Positions 51,113 through 60,013 of a stretch of 64,000 nt of DNA are shown piece after piece. The position numbers and the translations under genes were made by a program. The stretch lies in NCBI GenBank assembly GCA_020854825.1, contig JAHKLY010000001.1:64001-128000 (forward strand), read 5' to 3'. The notes under the pieces are model-generated. The model ran no database searches. It worked only from the letters and a program-made list of their open reading frames with translations, and was not told where the DNA came from. The stretch's first letter is position 1. Each line of letters begins with the position of its first letter. This stretch comes from Candidatus Micrarchaeota archaeon. GTDB lineage: Archaea > Micrarchaeota > Micrarchaeia > Anstonellales > JAHKLY01.

Positions 51113-51343
51113 TTAAAATTCTAAAATTTCACTTACTTTTAATTTATAAACTTCTAAATATCTTATAAATTTATTAAAAAATATATCTGCTTCGTGTTCA
51201 AGATCTTCTGGAACTAATAAAACTGATTTTGTTAAATATTCACAATTTTTTAAATTTGATTTTCTTAAATTATAATAAAACCTTCTTTTTATTTTGTTAT
51301 ATTCATTTAAATTTGTTTTTATATCATATAAGTAAATTAACAT
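51113..51343 (-). CDS. Stand-alone Cas2/VapD-like small protein
   Basis: MLIYLYDI, R.FY..L, LTKSVLLV pattern; 76 aa. Confidence 0.6.
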   Translation of the reverse strand: MLIYLYDIKTNLNEYNKIKRRFYYNLRKSNLKNCEYLTKSVLLVPEDLEHEADIFFNKFIRYLEVYKLKVSEILEF

Positions 51344-51482
51344 AATGTAACTATAGATACATATATTTTTAATATTAATTATAATAATTAATAATAGAAG
51401 TTAAGGGTCCCACACCCCCTAAGCAAAACAGTAAATATTAAAAATGTATTCTTATTTAATATTTTAATTTAATTAATAGGAG

Positions 51483-52889
51483 ATGAAAATAATGAATAAA
51501 GTAATTTTTTTAATAGGATTAGTATTAATTAGTATGTTCTTATTTTTTGGATGTACTGAAACATCAGAAATAACAGAAAATCAAACATTAAATACAGAAG
51601 TTGAACCAACATTACATTTTTTTTATGATCCTTCTTGGGATTTAACAATATATAATAATTTTATTGAAAACTTAAATAAACAATTACCAAATATAATTAT
51701 TGACAAAAAATGTATTGATATACAAAAATATGTCCAAAATATTTCATCTGCTTCTGAAGAAGCATGTATAAGTGAAATAGGATATTTAAAATTTAATGAA
51801 AATATGAATTTAGCCAAAAAATTACAATTATCTTCATCTGTTTTTGTATTAAATATTAAAAATAAATCAGTAGAAATACCATTTACTCCTGTAACAACAG
51901 CATTTGCACAAAAAATATGTTTAGAAGATATAACAATAGAAGGATGTGACAATTTACAAGAATTACCTAAATTAGAAGCAACAGTAATTATAGATGTATC
52001 TAAAACAGAAGATTATAATAATTTATTTTCTTTTTTTGAATCATCAGGATTACCTTTAGAAGTAAATATAATAAATTATTTATCTGAAGACGCAAAAACA
52101 ATATTAAATTCACATAAATTAACAACAATTCCAATTTTAATAATAAATCAAGAAGCAGTAGAAAAAATTACAGACGAACAAATAATAATTTTACAACAAT
52201 TTATTTTAATGGGATATTTTGAACAAAATACAGACATATTAGTATTATCTTTACCTGGAACAGAACAATTTATAGGTAATAAATATAATGAATCCAAAAT
52301 AGATTTATTTATTATGTCTTATTGTCCATATGGATTACAAGCCCAAAAAGCAATAATACCTGTTAAAAAAGCATTTGGAGATGAATTAACTTTAAATATA
52401 AAGTTTGTTGATTATATTATGCATGGCAAGATAGAAATAGATGAGAATAATATACAATATTGTTTACAAAAAGAATATAATGAAGTCTTTTTTGATTATT
52501 TAAATTGTTTTACAATCACAGGCAATACGACAGATTGTTTGTTCAAAGTAAATTTGACAGAATCAAATATACAACCTTGTATTAACGAATTAGATAAAAC
52601 ATATAATTTAACAATGTTATATGAAGATAAAAATTCCTGGCTGAATGGAAGATATCCTCAATATCCGATTAATAAATTGGAAAATGAGATATACAATGTT
52701 AAAGGTTCACCAACAATGATTTTTAATGGGATACCTGTTAGTTGGCCAAGATCTCCTGAGGGAATAAAACAAGGAATATGTAATATGTTAGAAAATCCAC
52801 CGGCAGTTTGTAATACTAATTTAAGTACAGCAACAGCATCACCAGGTATTGGAGGAGGAACAGGTACTTCTTCTTCAGGAACCTGTTAA
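51483..52889 (+). CDS. Surface lipoprotein with thioredoxin/DsbA/GILT-like domains
   Basis: FFGC; LFIMSYCPYG, MHG..E..EN..Q.C, V.GSPT. Confidence 0.75.
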   Translation: MKIMNKVIFLIGLVLISMFLFFGCTETSEITENQTLNTEVEPTLHFFYDPSWDLTIYNNFIENLNKQLPNIIIDKKCIDIQKYVQNISSASEEACISEIGYLKFNENMNLAKKLQLSSSVFVLNIKNKSVEIPFTPVTTAFAQKICLEDITIEGCDNLQELPKLEATVIIDVSKTEDYNNLFSFFESSGLPLEVNIINYLSEDAKTILNSHKLTTIPILIINQEAVEKITDEQIIILQQFILMGYFEQNTDILVLSLPGTEQFIGNKYNESKIDLFIMSYCPYGLQAQKAIIPVKKAFGDELTLNIKFVDYIMHGKIEIDENNIQYCLQKEYNEVFFDYLNCFTITGNTTDCLFKVNLTESNIQPCINELDKTYNLTMLYEDKNSWLNGRYPQYPINKLENEIYNVKGSPTMIFNGIPVSWPRSPEGIKQGICNMLENPPAVCNTNLSTATASPGIGGGTGTSSSGTC

Positions 52890-52925
52890 GTTCATCTTTT
52901 TATTCTTTTCCTTTTTTATTATATT

Positions 52926-53675
52926 ATGGTTTTTGAACTTCCACCTATGGGACCAAAAGTAGGTATATATTCTATTTCTCCAAATATAAATAAATTAAGT
53001 TTAAAAAACAAGAAATTAGATATATTTTTAGAAGGAGGATTAGAAGTTAGAAGTAATAATGTATTAATAGGACCTTCTGGGGAAGAAAAAATACTTTTTG
53101 CATTACAATTTATCCAGGCAGGGTTAGAAAAAGGAGAACCAGGAATAATTATTACAACAGATATATTACCTACTGAAGTAGAAAAAATATCTAAAAAATT
53201 TAATTGGGATTTAAATATTAAAGAAGAATTAAATTTATTTAAAATAATAGATTGTTATTCATGGACGTTAGGGAAAAATATAGATAATTCCAGACAAGAT
53301 ATATTAATTCAAGGTCCAAATGCATTAAATGATCTTTCAATAGCAATATCCAAATTAGTATCTGAGTTATCAAAACCAGAAAAACCGATTAGAATTTGTT
53401 TTATATCCTTATCTACTTTTTTATTATATAATGAATCAGAATCAATATTTAAATTTATACAAATAATTGGCGCAAGACTAAAAACTATGGGCGCATCAAC
53501 AATATTTTTATTAGAAGAAGGAATGCATGACGAAAAAACAGAAGCAACTATAAAACATTTAAACGATAATATATTATATATTAAAAAAATAAAAAAGAAA
53601 TGGTTTTTAGATAAGAATGATATCCCAGAAAAAATAGAAATTTTAATAGATAAAAACGGAATTTCAGTCCCATAA
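52926..53675 (+). CDS. KaiC/RAD55-like ATPase, probably inactive
   Basis: LD..L.GG, degenerate Walker A GPSGEEKI, FALQFI..GL..GEP, IDCYSW. Confidence 0.82.
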   Translation: MVFELPPMGPKVGIYSISPNINKLSLKNKKLDIFLEGGLEVRSNNVLIGPSGEEKILFALQFIQAGLEKGEPGIIITTDILPTEVEKISKKFNWDLNIKEELNLFKIIDCYSWTLGKNIDNSRQDILIQGPNALNDLSIAISKLVSELSKPEKPIRICFISLSTFLLYNESESIFKFIQIIGARLKTMGASTIFLLEEGMHDEKTEATIKHLNDNILYIKKIKKKWFLDKNDIPEKIEILIDKNGISVP

Positions 53676-53707
53676 CTATTTATATATGTATTTCTCTTAA
53701 TCTTTTT

Positions 53708-54073
53708 ATGGAATTAAAAGAAGAATTAGAAAAAAAATTAATAACTATTAATAAATTTCCTGGCGTTTTAGCAAGTTTGATTATAAGAAAGGATGGGTTA
53801 TGCTTAGCTTTTTTATCTAATGAAGATAAAATAAATAAAGATATTGCTGTATCTGTAGCTTCAGTCTTTAATATATTTGAACAAACAGCAGAAGAACTTA
53901 AAACAGAACCTTTAAACTACTTATTAATCAAATCACAAAATAATAACTTGTTTTTTATAGAAGTTTCAAAAGATATTATTTTAGTATTGATATTGGATAT
54001 TTCAGCAGAAATAAACAAAATTTATGAAGAATCTATTAAAATAACACAAAAAATAATAGAAATATTGAGTTGA
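53708..54073 (+). CDS. Roadblock/LC7 (MglB-like) protein
   Basis: PGV.ASLII.KDGL pattern. Confidence 0.82.
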   Translation: MELKEELEKKLITINKFPGVLASLIIRKDGLCLAFLSNEDKINKDIAVSVASVFNIFEQTAEELKTEPLNYLLIKSQNNNLFFIEVSKDIILVLILDISAEINKIYEESIKITQKIIEILS

Positions 54074-54077
54074 TTTT

Positions 54078-54944
54078 ATGAAAATAGTGATTCTTGGTTC
54101 CTCAGGGTCCGTTCCAACAAAAGATAGAAATTTACCAAGCATTGCTTTATGTTTGTCAGGTGAAATAATTTTATTTGATTGTGGAGAGGGAACGCAGAGA
54201 CAATTGATGAAATATAATTTAAATCCATCAAAAATATCAAAAATATTTTTATCTCATTTACATCTAGACCATTGCTTAGGAGTATACGGGATTTTAGAAA
54301 CAATGAATTTAATAAACAAAGATAAAAAAGTAGTTCTTTTTGGACCTTTAGGAACAAAAAAAATGTTTCAAAAATATACAAATGCAGATATTCATGAAGT
54401 TAATTCAAAAAAAATAATATTGAAGGAAAAAAATTATTCTTTTTCCTCATTCAAATTAAAACACAATATTCCTATGTGTTTAGGGTTTGTTTTTAAAGAA
54501 AATAATAAGATCAAATTTTACGAAAATAAAGCAAAAGCAAAAGGAATAATAGGACCTCTATTTAAAGAAATTGAAAAAAAGAGCAAAATAAAAATAAACA
54601 ACAAATTAATTAATTTATCAGATATTTCCTATGAACTAAAAGGTAAAAAAATAGTTTATGTTTCTGACACACTTCCTTTAAAAAGTACAATAAATAATAG
54701 TAAACAAGCAGATTTATTAATACATGATTCAACGTATTTGTCTTCTTTAACTGCCGAAGCAGCTAAAAATTATCATTCAACAGCAAAACAAGCAGCACAA
54801 ATCGCAAAAACAGCAGGTGTTAAACAATTATTATTATTTCACATAAGTCAAAGACACAAAGAATCAAAAGACTTAGAATATGAAGCACGTAAAATTTTCA
54901 AAAATTCAAATTGTGCTAGAGATGGAATGATAGTAGAAATTTAA
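54078..54944 (+). CDS. rnz: Ribonuclease Z
   Basis: LGS..SVPT..RN, DCGEGTQ, SHLHLDH, SDT, HST, HISQR. Confidence 0.95.
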   Translation: MKIVILGSSGSVPTKDRNLPSIALCLSGEIILFDCGEGTQRQLMKYNLNPSKISKIFLSHLHLDHCLGVYGILETMNLINKDKKVVLFGPLGTKKMFQKYTNADIHEVNSKKIILKEKNYSFSSFKLKHNIPMCLGFVFKENNKIKFYENKAKAKGIIGPLFKEIEKKSKIKINNKLINLSDISYELKGKKIVYVSDTLPLKSTINNSKQADLLIHDSTYLSSLTAEAAKNYHSTAKQAAQIAKTAGVKQLLLFHISQRHKESKDLEYEARKIFKNSNCARDGMIVEI

Positions 54945-54955
54945 AAAAAAAAGAA

Positions 54956-55357
54956 TTAGGCTTTTGCTGTGCCTGCTCCTTTTGCCAAACTTATTCTGGG
55001 AGGAATCATAGGAGGAGATAAATTAACTGTTCTTACAACTAATGTTCCGTTTGTTCCGCATGTATAATTAATACTATTTAATACTAATTCTGCAAAGTTT
55101 TCTGGTAATGTCTTTTTTTCACCCCATGTTTTAACTATTTCTTTTGCTGTTTTAATTTCTTCTTCCATAAATATTTCTCCTTGAATTTTCAAAATTCCAA
55201 CTCCTTCTTCATATTTTGCGTTGTATGTATAAGAGATAGTGATGTTTTTTCCATCTGCTTTGACGTCATCTAAGGCAATATTTATACTTAATCCTTGGAT
55301 AGCATCTTGTTTATCTCTCTTAGCTTCTACTGAATTTATTTTTCCTCCTCTAATCAT
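54956..55357 (-). CDS. Conserved archaeal hypothetical protein
   Basis: GGAGGTG RBS; Y.A.Y...VG...I.G; C-terminal NLSPPM.PP. Confidence 0.7.
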   Translation of the reverse strand: MIRGGKINSVEAKRDKQDAIQGLSINIALDDVKADGKNITISYTYNAKYEEGVGILKIQGEIFMEEEIKTAKEIVKTWGEKKTLPENFAELVLNSINYTCGTNGTLVVRTVNLSPPMIPPRISLAKGAGTAKA

Positions 55358-55409
55358 AGTTACACCTCCAAATGTGAACATTTATAAATTATTTTTATGT
55401 AATGTAATT

Positions 55410-56231
55410 ATGAAGATAAGTTTTAAATATGTTGTTTTAAGTATTTTGTGCTTGATTTTGGTTAATTTTGCAAGTTTTCAGATACAATCTACAGATATAC
55501 GTGTATATGTTCAAGAAGACGGCAGTGCAAAAGTGACCGAAGATTTTACAATTTATATACAAGGAGATGAATCTATTAAAATATATGAAGAGAGTTCAAC
55601 CACTTTGAGTAGAAATAATATACAAAGCTGGTTTTACAAACTGCAATTACCTAATTTAATATATCACATAGGGGGCCAACAGGTCAATATAGAAAATTTA
55701 GTAATTATACCCGAACCAGTTCAGAAAATATATGATAATGGATATACTATTATTTCAATAAGTTATAATGTTTTACCTTCTTCAAAATTTAATAATGAAA
55801 CAGATTCAAAAGGATTATTTGTATTAAAAAATATAAAACCCAGAACTACACAATATACATTAAATAAATTTGCTTTTTTAGATACGAATGAGAACGGAGA
55901 TTTAATATTACCACAAAACACGAAACTAACATTTTTACTTCCAGAAGGAGCTAAAATTACAAGTATAAATCCAGTTCCAGATTCTTTAAGAGATACTCTT
56001 CCACCTTATTATATTTCAACTATTTTTTGGTCAAAACCAATTATGCCAAAATTCATGTTAGAATTTGAAATAGAAGAGACATTAGAGTATGAAATTGTAG
56101 AATTTTTTTATTTTATACAAACAAAAATAACAGAATTAATAAAAGGATCTGAAGGAGTACCAATAATTATAATAATAATTATAATAGTACTTTCAGTATT
56201 TTATATACATAAAATAACAAAAAAGGACTGA
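55410..56231 (+). CDS. Secreted protein with C-terminal TM anchor
   Basis: Signal peptide, V.EDGSA.V, LPEGA.I.S..P.P, C-terminal hydrophobic helix plus basic tail. Confidence 0.68.
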   Translation: MKISFKYVVLSILCLILVNFASFQIQSTDIRVYVQEDGSAKVTEDFTIYIQGDESIKIYEESSTTLSRNNIQSWFYKLQLPNLIYHIGGQQVNIENLVIIPEPVQKIYDNGYTIISISYNVLPSSKFNNETDSKGLFVLKNIKPRTTQYTLNKFAFLDTNENGDLILPQNTKLTFLLPEGAKITSINPVPDSLRDTLPPYYISTIFWSKPIMPKFMLEFEIEETLEYEIVEFFYFIQTKITELIKGSEGVPIIIIIIIIVLSVFYIHKITKKD

Positions 56232-56235
56232 GTTT

Positions 56236-57672
56236 ATGATATTACAAAAATATGAAAGACAGATATTAAAAACCTTAAAATTGGTAAATACTTTAGAAGA
56301 ATTAACTAGTTTAACTAATTTAAATAAAGATAAAACATCAAGAGCAGTATACTGGCTTGCAGAAAATAAATTAGTTGAAATAAAAGAGGAAATTAAAAAG
56401 GAATTAAAATTAAGTGAGGAAGCAGAAAAATATCTTCTTGTAGGATTTCCAGAGTTAAATATTATAGAAAAAGCAACAAAAAATAAATTATTATCAGATT
56501 TAAGTGATGAAGAAAAAAAGATAGGTATGTCTTGGGCATTAAGAAATGCGTGGATAAAAATTGAAGGTAATAAATTATTTCCAACAAATAAAGGAATTCA
56601 AGCTCTGAACGAAAAAGCAATTATTAAAGCTTGTGAACTTGTTAAATCAAACAAAAAGTTAGATGATTTTAGTAAAGAGCATTTATTAAAAAGGAAATTA
56701 ATCTTTGAAAAAATAACAAAAAAAGTATCTGCAACACTAACAGAAAAAGGAGAAAAGGCACTGAATGAACTTCCGATAGAACAAGAAGAATTAAAAGAAA
56801 TAACGCAGCAGGCTATTTTAAGTGGAGAATGGAAAAAAAAATTTATTCTTCCTTATGATGTTAATATAAATTCTGAAGAAATATATCCTGGAAAAAGACA
56901 TATCATTACTTTATTTACAAATAAAATAAAAGATATATTTACTGATATGGGTTTTGAAGAAATGGAAGGAGATATTATTCAATCAAGTTTTTGGAATTTT
57001 GATGCTTTATTTCAACCCCAAGACCATCCAGCAAGGGAATTAGCAGATACATTTTATTTAAAAGAGAATATTGCCGTATTGCCCGAAGATAAACTAATAA
57101 TAGATAAAGTTAAAAAAGAACACGAAAAAGGATGGAAATACGACTGGGATATTAAAAAAGCTGAAAAGTCTGTTTTAAGAACCCATACTACTTCATTGAG
57201 TTCTAAATACCTTTATGAAAAATGTCAGGATGAAAAACCACATGTATTTTTTTGTATAGGTAAAAATTACAGAAATGAAACAATAGATTATAAGCATTTA
57301 GCAGAGTTTTTTCAAGTTGAAGGTATTGTGATTTGGAAAGATGCAAATTTCAGACAATTACTAGGATTATTAAAGGAATTTTATAAAAAATTAGGTTTTG
57401 AAAAAATTAGATTTGTACCTGGTTATTTTCCATATACTGAACCAAGTGTTGAAATAGAAGCATATTTTTCAGAAAAAAGGGAATGGATTGAGTTAGGTGG
57501 AGCAGGTATATTTAGACCAGAAGTTTCTTTACCTTTATGTAATAAATATCCAGTATTAGCATGGGGTTTAAGTTTAGAAAGACCATTAATGTTAATGTAT
57601 GATATTTCAGATATAAGAACATTTTACAAAAATAATGTTTCTTGGTTAAGAAATATTGAAAAAAGATTTTAA
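56236..57672 (+). CDS. pheS: Phenylalanyl-tRNA synthetase alpha subunit
   Basis: FWNFDALFQPQDHPARE, LRTHTT, HLAEFFQVEG, YFPYTEPS, GAGIFRPE. Confidence 0.97.
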   Translation: MILQKYERQILKTLKLVNTLEELTSLTNLNKDKTSRAVYWLAENKLVEIKEEIKKELKLSEEAEKYLLVGFPELNIIEKATKNKLLSDLSDEEKKIGMSWALRNAWIKIEGNKLFPTNKGIQALNEKAIIKACELVKSNKKLDDFSKEHLLKRKLIFEKITKKVSATLTEKGEKALNELPIEQEELKEITQQAILSGEWKKKFILPYDVNINSEEIYPGKRHIITLFTNKIKDIFTDMGFEEMEGDIIQSSFWNFDALFQPQDHPARELADTFYLKENIAVLPEDKLIIDKVKKEHEKGWKYDWDIKKAEKSVLRTHTTSLSSKYLYEKCQDEKPHVFFCIGKNYRNETIDYKHLAEFFQVEGIVIWKDANFRQLLGLLKEFYKKLGFEKIRFVPGYFPYTEPSVEIEAYFSEKREWIELGGAGIFRPEVSLPLCNKYPVLAWGLSLERPLMLMYDISDIRTFYKNNVSWLRNIEKRF

Positions 57673-57686
57673 GGAGGTAAATTAAG

Positions 57687-58082
57687 ATGAAAAGACAGCA
57701 TGTAATTGGAGGATTACTGATTTTTATTTTAGGTATTATAATATATTTATCAACAACGAGTGGAGGAATATTTGATGCTTATGAAATTTGTCACACTTTA
57801 AAAATTTTTGAACCTTGTTCTGAAACAGTTGGTTGGTTAAGCATAATTTCAATAATTTTAATTTTATTTGGAGTTATTGATTTTATTTATGGAGTAGTTT
57901 CTTCATATAATATAATAGAAAGACACAATCGAGTTGAAAAAACAAACTTTATTAAAGAAGTTGAAGAAAAAATATATATTAGATGTCCTAAGTGTGGCGT
58001 TAAAAATGAAGAGAATGTTAAATATTGTAAAGAATGTGGAGTACCTTTACATAAAAAAGAGGAAACAATTTATCATAGGTAA
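57687..58082 (+). CDS. Two-TM protein with C-terminal zinc ribbon
   Basis: CPKCG..N.....YCKECG. Confidence 0.75.
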   Translation: MKRQHVIGGLLIFILGIIIYLSTTSGGIFDAYEICHTLKIFEPCSETVGWLSIISIILILFGVIDFIYGVVSSYNIIERHNRVEKTNFIKEVEEKIYIRCPKCGVKNEENVKYCKECGVPLHKKEETIYHR

Positions 58083-58103
58083 TTAAAAATATTAATTTTT
58101 ATA

Positions 58104-58616
58104 TTAATAGTTATGTCCTGGGAACAAGTGCTCTATTTCTAATTTTTTTATTTTATTTAAAGAACATGATAATAAATCATCACATCCTCCTAAATCTGTT
58201 CTAGATTTTCCATTATTAAATAAAGTATCTCCAGAAAATAATACTTTTCTATTTCTATCATAAAGACATATACTTCCTTTCGTATGTCCAGGAGAATGTA
58301 TGATCTCTAGTTCCCAGTTTCCCCATTTTAGTTTATCAAAGGGTAATTCAGTTACTTTATCCGGAATATATGAGAAATTTGTTTTTTCAAAATCATGTTT
58401 ATGTATAAATACGTTCTTCCATTTTTTTTCCACTCCTTGTGTATGATCACAGTGATTATGAGTTAATATAGTTACTGTTGGTTGAAATCCAAAATATATA
58501 CTTCCATCTCCACTATCAATAAGCAAAGTTCCATCTGGTCCTTCAAGCGCATAACAAATACAACAATATGGAGAACCGCTAAGCGCCTTTAAATCTTTAA
58601 ACATACTTAAATTCAT
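58104..58616 (-). CDS. MBL-fold metallo-hydrolase (glyoxalase II-like)
   Basis: THNHCDH, PGHT.GS, SGDTLF, PGH. Confidence 0.9.
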   Translation of the reverse strand: MNLSMFKDLKALSGSPYCCICYALEGPDGTLLIDSGDGSIYFGFQPTVTILTHNHCDHTQGVEKKWKNVFIHKHDFEKTNFSYIPDKVTELPFDKLKWGNWELEIIHSPGHTKGSICLYDRNRKVLFSGDTLFNNGKSRTDLGGCDDLLSCSLNKIKKLEIEHLFPGHNY

Positions 58617-58668
58617 TGTATATATTAAGAAGAGAATATATTTAAATCATAAGGTTAAAAAAGTATTT

Positions 58669-58887
58669 ATGAAAGAAAATTTAAACTTTTTAAAAATATT
58701 GAAAGTAATCATTATGGTAAGTTTTATTATTACTATTTTTACTTCAATTCCTTTATTTATTAATTATTTAAAATCCAGTTCAAATCCTCCGCGATTCTTA
58801 GTGGATTTTCATGTCTGGTTTGGTATGGTTTGTTTAATTTTTATTGTTGTAAGGATGGCCAACAAAAAGTTCATGAAGCTTTTTTAA
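58669..58887 (+). CDS. Small two-TM protein
   Basis: Two hydrophobic helices; HVWFG. Confidence 0.5.
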   Translation: MKENLNFLKILKVIIMVSFIITIFTSIPLFINYLKSSSNPPRFLVDFHVWFGMVCLIFIVVRMANKKFMKLF

Positions 58888-58890
58888 AAA

Positions 58891-59982
58891 TTAGATATTT
58901 CCAGTTTTAGTTATTATTGAAACAATATCTTTATCTTTTAATTTATGTGAAAGACCAACTTGTTGTCCTGGGTGTTTTGCGCTAGGGCCCCAAACAAGCG
59001 CATATCTAAAATCCTCTAAAAGGTCTTTATGTAAATATTCACAAAACTTTCTAACAGTTGAGTTTCTTTTAAGCATCATAGGTTCTCCTAAATCTGCTTT
59101 TTCTCTTCTAGGTTTTGTATAAACCCGTATCAAATCAAGTTTTTCATATATTTCTTTTTTTAATTCCTCTATATTTTCTTTTTTTTCTGCAGATATGGGA
59201 ATAAAATTTGTATAAGTTAATTGTTTATAATATTCATCAGTCACTAAATCAACTTTATTTAATATAGTTAAAGAAGGAATGTATTTTCTATTTCCAACTA
59301 CAACATCAATAAATTGATCAACATCTACATTTGTTCTTATAACTAAATTAGCATTATGTACTCCATATTCTCCAAGGATATTTTTCATCATTTTTTCATC
59401 TATTTTTGTTAATTTAACTGTTTTATTAATTTCAATTCCTCCTCTTTCTTTTCGTTTAATTGATATATCTGGTTCTTTTTGATCTATTCTAATTCCAATG
59501 TTTGTTAATTCTTTTATCAAAATATTTCTATCTGGTTTATATACATCTGTTATCAATAAAATTAAATCAGCATTTCTTGCAACTGTTAATATTTCCCTTC
59601 CTCTGCCAACTCCCCCAGAAGCTCCTTCTATAATACCTGGTAAATCTAATAATTGAATTTTTGCACCATCATATTTTAATATTCCAGGAATACATGTTAA
59701 AGTTGTAAATTCATATGAAGCAGCTTCTGATTTTGAACCAGTTAATGCATTTAATAAAGTAGATTTTCCAGTTGATGGAAGTCCTATAAAAACAACAGTG
59801 GAATCTCCTGTTTTTTTAATTTCAAATCCTCCTTGTCCTCCGCTTTTTTTAGATGTATTTAAATCTTTCCTTAATTTAGCTAATTTTGCTTTTAATAAAC
59901 CTAGATGATGTTCAGTAGCTTTGTTTTTTTGTGTTTTAAACATCTCTTCTTCTAATTCTTTAATTTTATCTTGAACAGACAT
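58891..59982 (-). CDS. drg: DRG-family (Obg superfamily) GTPase
   Basis: TQKNKATEHH, G.PSTGKST, YEFTT, DLPGII, NKVD, TGS domain. Confidence 0.95.
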   Translation of the reverse strand: MSVQDKIKELEEEMFKTQKNKATEHHLGLLKAKLAKLRKDLNTSKKSGGQGGFEIKKTGDSTVVFIGLPSTGKSTLLNALTGSKSEAASYEFTTLTCIPGILKYDGAKIQLLDLPGIIEGASGGVGRGREILTVARNADLILLITDVYKPDRNILIKELTNIGIRIDQKEPDISIKRKERGGIEINKTVKLTKIDEKMMKNILGEYGVHNANLVIRTNVDVDQFIDVVVGNRKYIPSLTILNKVDLVTDEYYKQLTYTNFIPISAEKKENIEELKKEIYEKLDLIRVYTKPRREKADLGEPMMLKRNSTVRKFCEYLHKDLLEDFRYALVWGPSAKHPGQQVGLSHKLKDKDIVSIITKTGNI

Positions 59983-60013
59983 ATTATCCTTTTATTTATT
60001 TTATTTTAAAAAA

